The notes below the pieces were generated by a model. The model did no database searches. It had not been told where the DNA came from and saw only the letters and a list, made by a program, of their open reading frames with translations. A stretch of 64,000 bases of DNA. Source: Bacteroidales bacterium. GTDB taxonomy: Bacteria > Bacteroidota > Bacteroidia > Bacteroidales > F082. Location of the stretch: positions 30,735-94,734 of the forward strand of contig JAEEON010000036.1 in NCBI GenBank assembly GCA_016284305.1, read 5' to 3'. This document shows, piece by piece, positions 1-8,629 of the stretch; positions within the stretch are counted from its first letter, which is position 1; every line of letters begins with the position of its first letter. The translations under genes were made by a program, and so were the position numbers.

Positions 1-1
1 G

Positions 2-568
2 GATGTCACTGATACAGCTGCTCTCAAAGCAGGACTGATGGGTATTCATAAAACGGAGGGAAAAATAGATGTTGTTGTTAACAATGCAGCTATTATCCAA
101 AACCAAAAGTTAGGCATGGTGACTAAACCTTTGCTTGAAAAGATGTTCAATGTGAATGTCTTTGCTGTCATTGACATGATGCAGATTGCCTCTCGTTTGA
201 TGGCCCGGACAGGTGGTGGAAGCATAATCAATATTGCCTCTATTACCGGAGTTGTTGGCTCTCCTGGCCAAGTTGCATATAGTTCTACCAAAGGGGCGGT
301 CATAGCAGCAACCAAATCAGCAGCTAAAGAATTGTCCCCAATGCAAATACGCGTCAATGCAGTTGCCCCAGGCATAATAAAGACAGAACGTTTTGAGGAA
401 TTGTATGAGGCCACTGGCGACAAGATCGACCAACGTATTAGCAGGATTGCTTTGGGACGTCTTGGCACTCCTCAAGATGTGGCTAATGCCGTTGCGTTCT
501 TGGCTTCAGATCGCGCTTCTTATATCAGCGGACATATCTTAGGTGTGGATGGCTGCGCTTCAATTTAA
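2..568 (+). CDS. Short-chain dehydrogenase/reductase, FabG-like 3-oxoacyl-ACP reductase (5' end cut by window edge)
   Basis: Frame is open from nt 2 (DVTDTAALKAG...), so the Met at 38 is internal. SDR motifs present: NNAA, YSSTK (YxxxK), APGIIKTE (PGxxxT), C-terminal GHILGVDGC. Confidence 0.85.
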   Translation, partial: DVTDTAALKAGLMGIHKTEGKIDVVVNNAAIIQNQKLGMVTKPLLEKMFNVNVFAVIDMMQIASRLMARTGGGSIINIASITGVVGSPGQVAYSSTKGAVIAATKSAAKELSPMQIRVNAVAPGIIKTERFEELYEATGDKIDQRISRIALGRLGTPQDVANAVAFLASDRASYISGHILGVDGCASI

Positions 569-572
569 TAAA

Positions 573-1952
573 ATGTTTTTAGATTTAAATCAAAAAGAAA
601 GGGATCGGATCGCAGTCATAGATGATAGCGGTAGGTCCGTGTCATACGGTGATATCTGTGATTTCTCTGAATCATTTGCTCTTCAATTGCCCAAAAGATC
701 TTTGATCTTTATCCTAGCGGAGAATAAAATAGGTTCTTTGTTGGGATATGTATCAGCTTTGAGTAATCGTATTGTCCCGTTAATCCTTAGTGCATCAACG
801 GAAGAAGGGTTGTATAGTCAGTTGTATGACAAATATAAGCCGGAGTACCTATGGCTTCCGTTGGCTATTGCAGAAAAAAAAGGCTTAGAACCTCATTTTA
901 CCGCATGGGACTATGCGTTGGTTAAAACTGGTAACGTTAATGTGCCAATGTTCGATGATTTGTCGCTCTTGCTTCCCACTTCTGGTTCAACAGGTAGTCC
1001 CAAACTTGTTCGACATAGTTATCGTAATATAGAAGCCAATGCCGATAATGTCAGAAGGCTTTTCCAATTGGATGGGACAGAAAAAGCTATGGCTATCCTG
1101 CCTATGCATTATACCATGGGCCTTTCGGTAATCACCTCCCATTTGTTGGCTGGCTCAACTTTGTTGCTTTCAGGCAGGTCTCTTTTGGACAAGGGCTTTT
1201 GGGCTATGTTAAAAGAGGCTACAAGCTTCACAGGTGTACCGTATAGTTATGAGATACTTATGAAGATGCGGTTCACCCGAATGGATTTGCCTAACCTCAA
1301 AGTGATCACTCAGGGTGGCGGGAAACTGTCAGGAGAGATGTTCCACCTTTTGGCTCAGTATGCCCACGACAAAGGCAAAAAATTCATCGCTACATACGGG
1401 CAATCTGAATGTACTGCCCGTATGGCATATTTGCCTTATGAGTTGGCTTTGGAAAAAACTTGTAGTATAGGTTATGCTGAACCTGGTGGACAGCTATCAA
1501 TCGTTGATGATAACGGCAATGAGTCTTTTGAAGGAGAAGCTCAAGGCGAGATGGTTTATCGAGGCGAAAATGTTACTCTAGGATATGCTACAAACCAGGA
1601 AGATCTTCAGAAAGGAGATGAAAACCATGGTGTGATGCATACAGGGGACTTGGCTAAACGAGATAAAGACGGCTGTTATTTCATCATAGGTCGGTTGAAA
1701 CGTTTCCTTAAAATCTATGGACTCCGCATTGGTCTTGACGAAGTGGAGCAAATGATAAAAGCTGAGTATGGGGCGGATTGTTATTGCAAAGGCAATGATG
1801 AAAAGCTTATAGTGCTTGTAACCGACCCGAAGTTGGTGGATTTATTGCCCTCTTTCATTGAGGAAAAGACTCATCTGTTCCATCAACGTATCGAGGCTCA
1901 ATTGGTGGACGCTATTCTGAGAAACGAAGCTGGAAAAGTAATTAATCAATAA
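573..1952 (+). CDS. AMP-dependent synthetase/ligase (acyl-ACP or acyl-CoA ligase-like, adenylate-forming)
   Basis: ANL motifs: LLPTSGSTGSPKLV (A3), ATYGQSE (A5), HTGDLAKRDKDGCYFIIGRLKRFLK (A8-A10 region). ATG at 573 preferred over the GTG at 543, which lies inside the upstream SDR. Confidence 0.85.
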   Translation: MFLDLNQKERDRIAVIDDSGRSVSYGDICDFSESFALQLPKRSLIFILAENKIGSLLGYVSALSNRIVPLILSASTEEGLYSQLYDKYKPEYLWLPLAIAEKKGLEPHFTAWDYALVKTGNVNVPMFDDLSLLLPTSGSTGSPKLVRHSYRNIEANADNVRRLFQLDGTEKAMAILPMHYTMGLSVITSHLLAGSTLLLSGRSLLDKGFWAMLKEATSFTGVPYSYEILMKMRFTRMDLPNLKVITQGGGKLSGEMFHLLAQYAHDKGKKFIATYGQSECTARMAYLPYELALEKTCSIGYAEPGGQLSIVDDNGNESFEGEAQGEMVYRGENVTLGYATNQEDLQKGDENHGVMHTGDLAKRDKDGCYFIIGRLKRFLKIYGLRIGLDEVEQMIKAEYGADCYCKGNDEKLIVLVTDPKLVDLLPSFIEEKTHLFHQRIEAQLVDAILRNEAGKVINQ

Positions 1953-1965
1953 ACATAATAAAAAG

Positions 1966-2205
1966 ATGACAAATAAAGAAAAATTAGACAGAATCTTTTG
2001 TGAGGTGTTCTCTGTTGAGGAATCTGCTTTGAACAATGATTTCAACAATTGTAATGTAGAGGGATGGGATTCCGTTCGTCAACTCAGCCTCACTACGGCT
2101 ATTGAGGATACTTTTGACATCATGCTTGATGCAGAGGATATCCTTGAATTCACTTCTTACGAAAACGCAAAGAAAGTATTGGCCAAATACGAAATTGAAT
2201 TATAA
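1966..2205 (+). CDS. Acyl carrier protein (ACP-1)
   Basis: 79 aa, acidic. Phosphopantetheine Ser in the GWDSVRQLSL context (DS motif). Sits between the ligase and KASIII. Confidence 0.8.
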   Translation: MTNKEKLDRIFCEVFSVEESALNNDFNNCNVEGWDSVRQLSLTTAIEDTFDIMLDAEDILEFTSYENAKKVLAKYEIEL

Positions 2206-3278
2206 TGGCATATTGGAATATTAAGAATGTAGCCCTTAGGGGTGTTACGGGCACGGTGCCAAACAATCCAGTGAAATCAAGTGACTTCGAATTCTTTGAT
2301 GAAAAAGATGCTGAGGTCTTTGATAATACTGTGGGCATTTTAAATCGTTATATCGCACCTGAAAATGTTTGTGCCTCTGACCTCTGTTATGACGCAGCAA
2401 CACGCTTGTTGGATGCTTTGGGATGGGAAAAAGAGTCAATAGACATTTTGTTGTTTGAATCAGTTACCGGGGACTATAAGACACCACCCACTTCGGGCAT
2501 TCTGCAAGACCGCTTGGGCTTGCCACAATCTACATTTGTTCTAGATGTTCCAATGGGCTGTTGTGGTTGCCTGTATGCGATTAACATCGCTGGAAATATG
2601 CTTTCATCTGGATCCGTGAAGAGAGCATTGCTGCTGATAGGGGACACTGCCTCTAGAATGGGCTCCAAGTTCGATAAAAGCCGAGTTCCTCTGTTTGGGG
2701 ATGCCGGTATGGCCATGGCATTGGAGTATGATGAAACAGCTGAGGATATACATATAGAGTTTAATACATTGGGGTCAGGATATCAAGCTCTTATGACTCC
2801 TCATGGTGGCTATCGTCATCCGATAGATCAAGAGACGTCTTTCGTGTATGAAGATTTTGGTAATGGAATTGTTCGAGCCCCCAAAGACGCTTTGATCAAT
2901 GGCATGAATGTTTTTTCCTTTGCCATCACAAGACCGCCTGTGAGTGTTAAAAACATGATGGACCGATTAGGACTTGACAAGGATAAGGATATTGACTATT
3001 TCTTAATCCATCAAGCAAATAAAATGATTGTGGATCGAATTGTGAAGAAACTAAAATTGGATCCGGAAAAAACTCCCTACGATTTGCAGGAATTTGGCAA
3101 TCTTGGAGGTGCTTCGATTCCCATGCTCATGACATACAACATTAGTGATTCGTTGCAAGCTCGTCCGTTGACACTACTCTGCTCTTCTTTTGGGCTTGGT
3201 TTGACATGGGGTACGATGTTGTTAAGAACGAATCCGATGATAGTTTTACCTGTATCCTATTTCGATTATGAACATTAA
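2205..3278 (+). CDS. 3-oxoacyl-ACP synthase III (KASIII/FabH-like), copy 1
   Basis: Cys-His-Asn triad contexts: MGCCGCLYA, FLIHQANKMI, EFGNLGGASIP. TAATG one-nt overlap with ACP-1. Confidence 0.85.
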   Translation: MAYWNIKNVALRGVTGTVPNNPVKSSDFEFFDEKDAEVFDNTVGILNRYIAPENVCASDLCYDAATRLLDALGWEKESIDILLFESVTGDYKTPPTSGILQDRLGLPQSTFVLDVPMGCCGCLYAINIAGNMLSSGSVKRALLLIGDTASRMGSKFDKSRVPLFGDAGMAMALEYDETAEDIHIEFNTLGSGYQALMTPHGGYRHPIDQETSFVYEDFGNGIVRAPKDALINGMNVFSFAITRPPVSVKNMMDRLGLDKDKDIDYFLIHQANKMIVDRIVKKLKLDPEKTPYDLQEFGNLGGASIPMLMTYNISDSLQARPLTLLCSSFGLGLTWGTMLLRTNPMIVLPVSYFDYEH

Positions 3279-4104
3279 GAATATTACCTATACCATTCTC
3301 AAAGGTTATAAAAAAGCGAAATCCCTGAAAAATAAGGGAGGGAGGTCCTCGTTCTCAGTCTATCGAGAGATGGTTTCGCTTTGTTTAAAGTATAACTTGT
3401 ATCTCTCGGATTATGTTGGCAACGGTTTCCATGCTTTTAATGATGAAGAAAGGAAAGTTGCCATTGATTTATTAAAAGAAAAAAGAGAGTACATCAAAAA
3501 AAGAGATGAGAATTGGCGCTTTTTGATTAAATATTCGGATTTCAAGTATCAAAGAAGTAATAAGGCGAAAGAAAAGAAAAGATTGGCGTATATAAAACAA
3601 TACCATATGGGACCTCATTGCAAGGTTCAATATGGGGTGATGTTTATTTTTGACCATCGCAACATCGGAAAACTAAATATTGGCGATAATGTTTTGTTCG
3701 CAAGAAATGTAGATGTTGATATTACTGGTGATTTGACGATTAGTGATGGTGTGAAGATTTCAGAAGGAGCTAAGATATTGACACACAGCCATGATTTCCT
3801 TGGTACCTATAGAGAAGAGGATTTGATACCTTTTTCCAATAGGGCACATAATACCCCCCTTTTCATCGGTGAAAACGTGTTGATAGGTGCACATTCCATT
3901 ATCATGCCCAATGTCAAAACTATTGGTGAGAATGCGGTTATCTCCGCAGGGTCCGTTGTTGCCCATCCCGTTCCTGCAAATACTATAGTATCTGGCAATC
4001 CGGCTGTAGTTGTGGGCAAGATGCCTAAAAGGCTTAGGGTGTCAACACAACAATTTTATGATGATAGTTTTGCTGCTCAGATTAGAAAAAGGATGAAGTC
4101 GTAA
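3268..4104 (+). CDS. Left-handed beta-helix (hexapeptide) acyl/acetyltransferase with about 150-aa non-LbH N-terminal extension, paralog A
   Basis: C-terminal hexapeptide rungs: IGDNVLFARNVDVDITGDLTISDGVKISEGAKILTHSHDF ... IGENVLIGAHSIIMPNVKTIGENAVISAGSVV ... VSGNPA. Overlaps the KASIII stop by 11 nt. Confidence 0.75.
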   Translation: MNIKNITYTILKGYKKAKSLKNKGGRSSFSVYREMVSLCLKYNLYLSDYVGNGFHAFNDEERKVAIDLLKEKREYIKKRDENWRFLIKYSDFKYQRSNKAKEKKRLAYIKQYHMGPHCKVQYGVMFIFDHRNIGKLNIGDNVLFARNVDVDITGDLTISDGVKISEGAKILTHSHDFLGTYREEDLIPFSNRAHNTPLFIGENVLIGAHSIIMPNVKTIGENAVISAGSVVAHPVPANTIVSGNPAVVVGKMPKRLRVSTQQFYDDSFAAQIRKRMKS

Positions 4105-4117
4105 ATGTTTTTAGATA

Positions 4118-4939
4118 ATGGTTTTTATGAAACAATTGATTCGTCGCTTATTTAAAAAATGGTTCTTTGCTAAAAAAATCGCCTCCCTTACAGAAGGTGG
4201 AAGATCGGTTTTCTCCATTTATTGTGATTTTAAGAGCAAGCATCGTAACTATGGAATTACCCGTTGGCAGTATCAAGAAAACAGGTTGTTTGAATTGTCT
4301 GGTGATGAACTGAGTGTTAAGTGCGATCAATTAAAGAAGGAGAATGATACCATCAATCAATGGGTTAAAGAGCGTTTTAGAACCCGACGTTTCCTTACAA
4401 AATATATGGATCATCGCTTCGAAAATAGTTTGCGGCTGATAAAAAAGAGACAGAAGGCTTATACACAGTTCTATGGGCTCGGAGAAAAATGCAGTGTTCA
4501 ATATGGCGTTTCCATTATTTCTGAGCATCATCATACCGGTCATTTTAAGGTGGGAGATTACTGTTTGTTTGCACGTAATTGTGATATTGATATTACAGGG
4601 GATTTGATGGTCGGTAATGGCGTATCGTTTGCGGAAGGCTGTAAAGTTTTAACGCACAGTCATGATTTTTTTGGTGCCTACGATGACTGTGAATTAATCC
4701 CATATTCCAATAGAGCTCGCAACACTCCTTTAAAAATTGGTGATAATGTTTTAATTGGAGCGCATTCTCTTATCATGTCAGGTGTTGGCGAAATTGGCGA
4801 AAACTCAATTATTTCAGCAGGTTCAGTGGTAACTAGACCAGTGCCGGCTAATTGCGTGGTTTCGGGAAATCCGGCGCAAGTTGTCAATAAAATTCCATCT
4901 GGAGCGCGTATCTATTATAGACAAAATAAAGCAGACTAA
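4118..4939 (+). CDS. Left-handed beta-helix acyl/acetyltransferase with N-terminal extension, paralog B
   Basis: Collinear with paralog A: GGRSVFSIY vs GGRSSFSVY; LTHSHDFFGAY..ELIPYSNRARNTPLKIGDNVLIGAHSLIM vs LTHSHDFLGTY..DLIPFSNRAHNTPLFIGENVLIGAHSIIM. Confidence 0.75.
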   Translation: MVFMKQLIRRLFKKWFFAKKIASLTEGGRSVFSIYCDFKSKHRNYGITRWQYQENRLFELSGDELSVKCDQLKKENDTINQWVKERFRTRRFLTKYMDHRFENSLRLIKKRQKAYTQFYGLGEKCSVQYGVSIISEHHHTGHFKVGDYCLFARNCDIDITGDLMVGNGVSFAEGCKVLTHSHDFFGAYDDCELIPYSNRARNTPLKIGDNVLIGAHSLIMSGVGEIGENSIISAGSVVTRPVPANCVVSGNPAQVVNKIPSGARIYYRQNKAD

Positions 4940-4940
4940 A

Positions 4941-5885
4941 ATGAAAGCATTCATATTTCCAGGCCAAGGTTGCCAAAAAGAAGGTATGGGAAAAGACTTA
5001 TATGAGAAATTCCCCAAGGCAAAAGAATTATTTGAAAGAGCAAACGATTTTTTTGGTCGCCGTATTACCGATGTGATGTTCAACGGTACAGAGGAAGAGC
5101 TGATGGAAACCATCAACACACAACCTTCGGTGTTCCTATATGAGGTGGTTCTGGCTTTGTGTCAAGATGATGTTAAACCCGATGTAGTTGCGGGTCATTC
5201 TCTCGGTGAGTTTGCTGCATTGGTCATCAATGGAACCATTAGTTTTGAGGATGGCCTGAACCTAGTTCTGAATCGAGCAGTGATTGGACAAAAAGCTTAT
5301 GAGAGTTCGTCTGTCAAAACTGGCATGGGTGCTGTCATCGGCTTGAATGATGAGTATGTGGAGAGGCGAATTAAAGAGATATGGGACGAGACAGGTGAAC
5401 CTATCTATTTTGCAAATTACAATGGCCCAGGACAAGTTGTGATTTCGGGTTCGCGTAAAGGAGTTAGGGCGGCTTGTAAAGCTTTTATGGCCGAAGGAGC
5501 GAAGAAGGCGGTTCCCTTGGCTATTGGTGGTAGTTTCCATACTCCTTTTATGAATGAAGCTCGCGTGGAATTGGGTGAAATCATCAAAGAGACTAAGTTC
5601 AACAGACCGACTATCCCTATTTATCAATGCGTTGATGCTCTCCCTCATACAGATCCTGAGACGATTAAGGATAATCTAATTCAACACATAACGCATCCCG
5701 TTTTATGGACGACGATGACCCATAATATGGTTAAGGATGGAGTGACGGAATTTTTTGAGGTTGGAACTGATGATACCTTGGAAAAGATTGTTCACAGAAT
5801 GTATCCCGATTTACATCAACAATCTTTGTTGGATGTTCCATCTTATTGTGGTAAAGTTGCAAATTATAAGATTGTTAAAGAATAA
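4941..5885 (+). CDS. Malonyl-CoA:ACP transacylase (FabD-like)
   Basis: MKAFIFPGQG N-terminus, GHSLGEFAAL active-site Ser motif, TQPSVFLYE, GSFHTPFM. ATG at 4941 preferred (the listed 4881 start lies inside the upstream gene). Confidence 0.9.
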   Translation: MKAFIFPGQGCQKEGMGKDLYEKFPKAKELFERANDFFGRRITDVMFNGTEEELMETINTQPSVFLYEVVLALCQDDVKPDVVAGHSLGEFAALVINGTISFEDGLNLVLNRAVIGQKAYESSSVKTGMGAVIGLNDEYVERRIKEIWDETGEPIYFANYNGPGQVVISGSRKGVRAACKAFMAEGAKKAVPLAIGGSFHTPFMNEARVELGEIIKETKFNRPTIPIYQCVDALPHTDPETIKDNLIQHITHPVLWTTMTHNMVKDGVTEFFEVGTDDTLEKIVHRMYPDLHQQSLLDVPSYCGKVANYKIVKE

Positions 5886-5920
5886 TAAACGTTAATACTT
5901 ATCTAATAAAATTAAGAATT

Positions 5921-6148
5921 ATGACACTTGATGAATTTGTAAAAGCATTTGCTGCCGAGTTTGACGATACGCCAACTGAGCAGTTTACTCCCTCAACCAA
6001 TTATAGAGAATTAGAGGAGTGGGGGTCGTTAACAGCATTATCAATCATTTCAATGGTTGACGATGAAATGAACAAGCGCGTTACAGGAGCGGACCTTAGA
6101 AAATGTGCCACGATTGAGGAATTGTATAATTTAGTGGAGTCAAAATAA
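5921..6148 (+). CDS. Acyl carrier protein (ACP-2)
   Basis: 75 aa, acidic, four-helix-like pattern. Candidate phosphopantetheine Ser in EEWGSLTALSI. Positioned before the second KASIII. Confidence 0.7.
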   Translation: MTLDEFVKAFAAEFDDTPTEQFTPSTNYRELEEWGSLTALSIISMVDDEMNKRVTGADLRKCATIEELYNLVESK

Positions 6149-6160
6149 ACTGTCTTATAT

Positions 6161-6183
6161 GGGCGGTACGCAAGGTGCCGCCC
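6161..6183 (+). other. GC-rich hairpin between ACP-2 and KASIII-2 (possible intra-operon RNA structure)
   Basis: GGGCGG (6161-6166) pairs with CCGCCC (6178-6183) around an 11-nt loop. No strong T-run follows. Confidence 0.25.
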
Positions 6184-6199
6184 TCTTAAAATCATCATT

Positions 6200-7267
6200 A
6201 TGTCGTCGATAAGTGTTAAGAATATCTCAATCAAAGGAATGGCAGGTTGTGTCCCTTCCCGTGTGGTTGAAAACAGGGATTTCCCGGGCATGAGTGCTGA
6301 GGAGATTCAGAAGTACATTAATGTGACTGGCGTTGAACGTCGTCATTGTGCCATTCATGATGGAAGTATTTGTACTTCCGATCTGTGCCAAAAAGCTGCT
6401 GAAAAATTGTTGTCAGATCTTAATTGGTCGAAAAGTGAAATTGATTTATTAGTATTTGTTTCACATACTACTGATTACAAATTACCTGCTACAGCTATAG
6501 TTCTTCAGGATAAGATGGGGATACCGACCTCTTGTCTTGCTTTTGATATTACGCTGGGTTGTTCGGGGTTTTTAGTTGGTTTGGGCGTTATGGGAAACCT
6601 TATGGCCTCGGGGTTCTTTAGAAAAGGGTTGTTGATGGTTGGAAATACTCAATCTGAATATGCAAGTCCAGAAGACCGAAGTATGGCTTTGTTGTTAGGC
6701 GATGCAGGCACAGTTACTGCTATTGAGTATAATCCTGCTTCCAGGGATGAGATGAATATCACCTATATGTCAGATGGTTCGGGACGTGAATTTGTTATAT
6801 TACCTGATGGTGGATCCCGTAACCCAGTCAGTGAAAAGTCATTTGTCATGGAGGACTGTGGCGATGGTATCCGTCGTTCTCGCTTGCATGAAAAGATGAT
6901 CGGTGACGAGGTGTTTTCTTATGGAACCTTCTATATTCCGAAAGTTTATAATGAGATGCGAGAGAAATTCAATGTTGAACCTGATGATGTGGATTATTTG
7001 CTGTTGCATCAAGCTAATAAGTTTTTATGTGAAAAACTAAGAAAAAAAATGAAGTTCCCTCCTGAGAAAGTGCCGTATAACATTCAGGAGTTTGGGAATA
7101 CCAGCGGTGCTACCATCCCACTTTTGATGGTTACTGAATTGCAACACCAATTGAAAGACAAAGATCTCAATATGCTTGCAGCTACTATTGGTGTTGGCTT
7201 CTCTTTGGGTGTCGCCCAAATAAAAACGCATGGGGGAATCATCGTTCCTGACTTGTTGTTCCTTTAG
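6200..7267 (+). CDS. 3-oxoacyl-ACP synthase III (KASIII/FabH-like), copy 2
   Basis: Triad contexts: TLGCSGFLVG, LLLHQANKFL, EFGNTSGATIP. Confidence 0.85.
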   Translation: MSSISVKNISIKGMAGCVPSRVVENRDFPGMSAEEIQKYINVTGVERRHCAIHDGSICTSDLCQKAAEKLLSDLNWSKSEIDLLVFVSHTTDYKLPATAIVLQDKMGIPTSCLAFDITLGCSGFLVGLGVMGNLMASGFFRKGLLMVGNTQSEYASPEDRSMALLLGDAGTVTAIEYNPASRDEMNITYMSDGSGREFVILPDGGSRNPVSEKSFVMEDCGDGIRRSRLHEKMIGDEVFSYGTFYIPKVYNEMREKFNVEPDDVDYLLLHQANKFLCEKLRKKMKFPPEKVPYNIQEFGNTSGATIPLLMVTELQHQLKDKDLNMLAATIGVGFSLGVAQIKTHGGIIVPDLLFL

Positions 7268-7295
7268 AATGTTTGTTAATTCTGTTTGAAAGAAA

Positions 7296-7880
7296 ATGAA
7301 GCATTTAGTTATAATTGGTACGGGTAATGTTGGCCAAATTGTTAGATGGTATGCTTCCTTAAGCAAAGATTATCTATCAAGTTGGGATATTAAATGTAAT
7401 ATCGATAATGTTGATGATTACGAGATTGAGCCGGATGATGTATTTGTTTGTGCGGAGGCAAAACCTGCGTTAAGGTTTGAGAAGTCTAATGTCATTAGAG
7501 CAAAAGGAGGGGAATTCATTAACGTCATACATCCGATGGCCAATATTGCTCCTTCTTCCATTCTTGGTACTGGGATTGTTGTCGGTGCGTTTTCTACGGT
7601 TTCAATTAATACCATGATTAGTAATGACGTGTTGATTCAAGATCATTGTAATGTCGGTCATGATGGTGTCGTTGAACAAGGATCCCATCTATATGTTGGA
7701 GTGAAATTGTGTGGGCGTAACAAGGTGGGAGTGCGTACGTCTATTTTTACTGGGGCCGTGGTCTATCCCGATGTAAAAATCGGAGATGATTGTACGGTAG
7801 GGGCTGGCAGTGTGGTAAGCCGCAAAGTAAAAGATGGGGAAACAGTTTTGGGCAATCCTGCAAAAAAAATTGAGATTTAA
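7296..7880 (+). CDS. NeuD/PglD/VioB-type sugar N- or O-acyltransferase (Rossmann-like N-domain + LbH)
   Basis: N-terminal LVIIGTGNVGQ, then hexapeptide rungs: IAPSSILGTGIVVGAFSTVSINTMISNDVLIQDHCNVGHDGVV ... IGDDCTVGAGSVV. About 194 aa, typical of the family. Confidence 0.75.
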   Translation: MKHLVIIGTGNVGQIVRWYASLSKDYLSSWDIKCNIDNVDDYEIEPDDVFVCAEAKPALRFEKSNVIRAKGGEFINVIHPMANIAPSSILGTGIVVGAFSTVSINTMISNDVLIQDHCNVGHDGVVEQGSHLYVGVKLCGRNKVGVRTSIFTGAVVYPDVKIGDDCTVGAGSVVSRKVKDGETVLGNPAKKIEI

Positions 7881-7882
7881 AC

Positions 7883-8623
7883 ATGAATAACTCTGTTTTT
7901 GGTCTTGAAGGAAAAACGTTACTCATTACCGGAGCGTCTTCTGGAATAGGTAGGGCAACTGCTATTGAATGCTCGAAAATGGGGGCAAAAGTGTTTCTAA
8001 CTGCCCGAAATAAGGAGAGACTCGAACAGACATTGAATGAAATGGAAGGTGAGGGTCACAAGATAATTCCAGCTGATTTAACAGTTGCAGGAGATATTCA
8101 ACGTTTAGCAAATGAGATTGATGTGCTTGATGGTGTTGCCTTGGTTTCAGGTATCAACGACAAGATGATTATTAAGAAATTGGACGATTCCTTTGTCTCT
8201 CAAATGCTATGCACCAACTTTTCTGGACCTGCATTGCTGATGAGATCCTTGTTGAAATACAAAAAGATAGCTAAACAGGCCTCCATCGTTTTCATGTCTT
8301 CCGTATCGGCTTTTTATCCAACGGTATCTAATGCAATGTATGCTGCCTCAAAGGCTGCAATGAATCAGTTTGCCAAAGTTCTTGCCCTTGAAGTGTTGCC
8401 TCTGAAAGCTAGGGTGAATTGCATTCTTCCCGCTTTTGTGGAGACGGAAATGATAAACAAGTACGGAGAAGACACGTTGAACGAAATCCGTAGCAATTAT
8501 CCTTTAGGGCGATTTGCCAAGCCAGAGGAAATTGCATACGCTGTCATATATTATTTCTCTGATGCTACCCAATTGGTTACAGGAACGTCTTTTGTGATTG
8601 ATGGAGGTTATACACTGAAATGA
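7883..8623 (+). CDS. Short-chain dehydrogenase/reductase (3-oxoacyl-ACP reductase-like)
   Basis: TGASSGIG cofactor motif, catalytic YAASKAA (YxxxK), C-terminal TGTSFVIDGG. Confidence 0.85.
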   Translation: MNNSVFGLEGKTLLITGASSGIGRATAIECSKMGAKVFLTARNKERLEQTLNEMEGEGHKIIPADLTVAGDIQRLANEIDVLDGVALVSGINDKMIIKKLDDSFVSQMLCTNFSGPALLMRSLLKYKKIAKQASIVFMSSVSAFYPTVSNAMYAASKAAMNQFAKVLALEVLPLKARVNCILPAFVETEMINKYGEDTLNEIRSNYPLGRFAKPEEIAYAVIYYFSDATQLVTGTSFVIDGGYTLK

Positions 8624-8629
8624 TTTGAA

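Noticed and set aside
543-572. GTG start at 543 for the AMP-ligase.
   Set aside because: It lies within the last codons of the upstream SDR gene. The ATG at 573 follows the SDR stop (566-568) and gives a normal N-terminus.
1-8623. Aryl-polyene or polyketide biosynthetic gene cluster.
   Set aside because: There is no KS/CLF pair, no dehydratase, no thioesterase and no LolA/MMPL-type export genes. The cassette is contiguous with glycosyltransferase, Wzy and PGT genes, so a sugar-acylation role fits better.
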